IMG/VR virus record: IMGVR_UViG_3300011230_000030
Span: 4,126-68,125 of that record
Reading direction: 5' to 3' (one strand)
From: a virus
Length of the DNA stretch: 64,000 nt
Numbering within the stretch: the stretch's first letter is position 1; every line of letters starts with the position of its first letter. Made by a program: the position numbers and the translations under genes. Shown piece after piece: positions 63,222 to 64,000 of this stretch. The notes beneath the pieces are model-generated. The model worked only from the letters and a program-made list of their open reading frames with translations, did not search any database and was not told the DNA's origin.

Positions 63222-64000
63222 TGGCTACCCGCACTCCATTGATCCTCAACCAGACCACGGCTCGCATCGAAGAGCTCGCGGCTGCTGACACCATCCCAGG
63301 TTTCATGGTCGAGGGTATGTTCGGCCGGAACGTGCTGATCAACGGCGATTTCCGCGTATGGCAGCGAGGAACGAATTTCCCAGCGGCCGCTTCTGCACGC
63401 TATACGGCAGATCGTTGGTTTGCGTGGGCCGCCGGGTCAACAGTGCAAGTGGATCGGATGGGCGCAGATGGTACTTCGCTGCCTCCCGGTATAGGGGTTG
63501 CTTCGCGCCCGCAGTACGCGTTTCGAGCCACCGTAGCATCGGTCGCCGGAGCGAACAATTTTGTTCTGTTGCAGCAGCGCGTTGAGAATGTGCGCACTCT
63601 TTCGGCCGGAAAAGCCACGTTCAGCGGGCTGATTTGGGCCAGCAACAGCAGTGGTATCGCGGTTAGCTTTTACCAGATTTTCGGTACTGGCGGCTCCGAG
63701 TCGATTGTAGGTACGCCGGTTATTGTCCCTACTGTCGCAAATACATGGCAGTACGTGACCGTAACCCTCGACGTGCCGAGCATTTTTGGTACTACGATCA
63801 CTGACGACAGCGCGCTCTGGCTGAATATTTGGCTCGACGCTGGTTCCTCGTCAGGAGGCGCTGGCGGCCAGAAGAACGGCGTTTACTGGTTTACTAACCT
63901 CCAGTTGGAGCGCGGCGCGTCGGCTACTGCTTTTGAACGCCGCTCCGATGCGCTTGAACTTATGCTCTGCCAGCGCTATGGACCGGCCAGAGTTCTGTAG
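63221..64000 (+). CDS. Fibre protein with carbohydrate-binding-like module; probably truncated at about 63978
   Basis: RN.LINGDF.VWQRG, Y.ADRW, QR.E, QLE.G..AT.FE.R....EL.LCQRY, then an abrupt stop. Confidence 0.75.
   Translation: MATRTPLILNQTTARIEELAAADTIPGFMVEGMFGRNVLINGDFRVWQRGTNFPAAASARYTADRWFAWAAGSTVQVDRMGADGTSLPPGIGVASRPQYAFRATVASVAGANNFVLLQQRVENVRTLSAGKATFSGLIWASNSSGIAVSFYQIFGTGGSESIVGTPVIVPTVANTWQYVTVTLDVPSIFGTTITDDSALWLNIWLDAGSSSGGAGGQKNGVYWFTNLQLERGASATAFERRSDALELMLCQRYGPARVL

Larger units (their letters stand above)
39660..64000. mobile_element. Prophage 2 (lambdoid organisation); left boundary uncertain (about 39660-42270), right end outside window
   Basis: Integrase/excisionase, early-left operon, repressor/cro, replication, late regulator, tRNA, lysis and structural genes. 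Confidence 0.88.

Overview
High-GC gammaproteobacterial DNA; the tmRNA tag ANDDNYALAA and the gene content suggest Xanthomonadaceae, probably Stenotrophomonas (inference). Almost the whole window is two unrelated temperate prophages flanking the tmRNA gene ssrA (39300-39653, minus strand). Prophage 1 (<1 to about 39330) has a lambdoid early region (YqaJ/Bet, cI/cro with five operators, initiator plus DnaB, Q-like gene), a lysis cassette, a podovirus-type virion module (BPP-1/epsilon15-like) with a 2200-aa ejection protein, and a P4-type integrase at the ssrA 3' end. Prophage 2 (about 39660 to >64000) starts just upstream of ssrA with a two-gene ParB-like plus adenine-methyltransferase cassette. 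An integrase/excisionase, RdgC, a short repressor/cro pair, O/P-like replication genes with an iteron origin, lysis genes and a fibre/decoration cluster follow. Main points: (1) both prophages place an initiator-type tRNA-Met(CAU) with non-standard features, followed by a structured RNA, between the late terminator and the first lysis gene; (2) ssrA appears sandwiched between integration sites on both sides; (3) the ParB-like/MTase pair is a probable anti-phage system; (4) the tail nozzle gene is split inside a recognisable domain; (5) there are several antisense single-gene cassettes, including a paralogous pair, and a likely catalytically dead SleB-like protein. All family calls are by eye from motifs and synteny; no searches were run.
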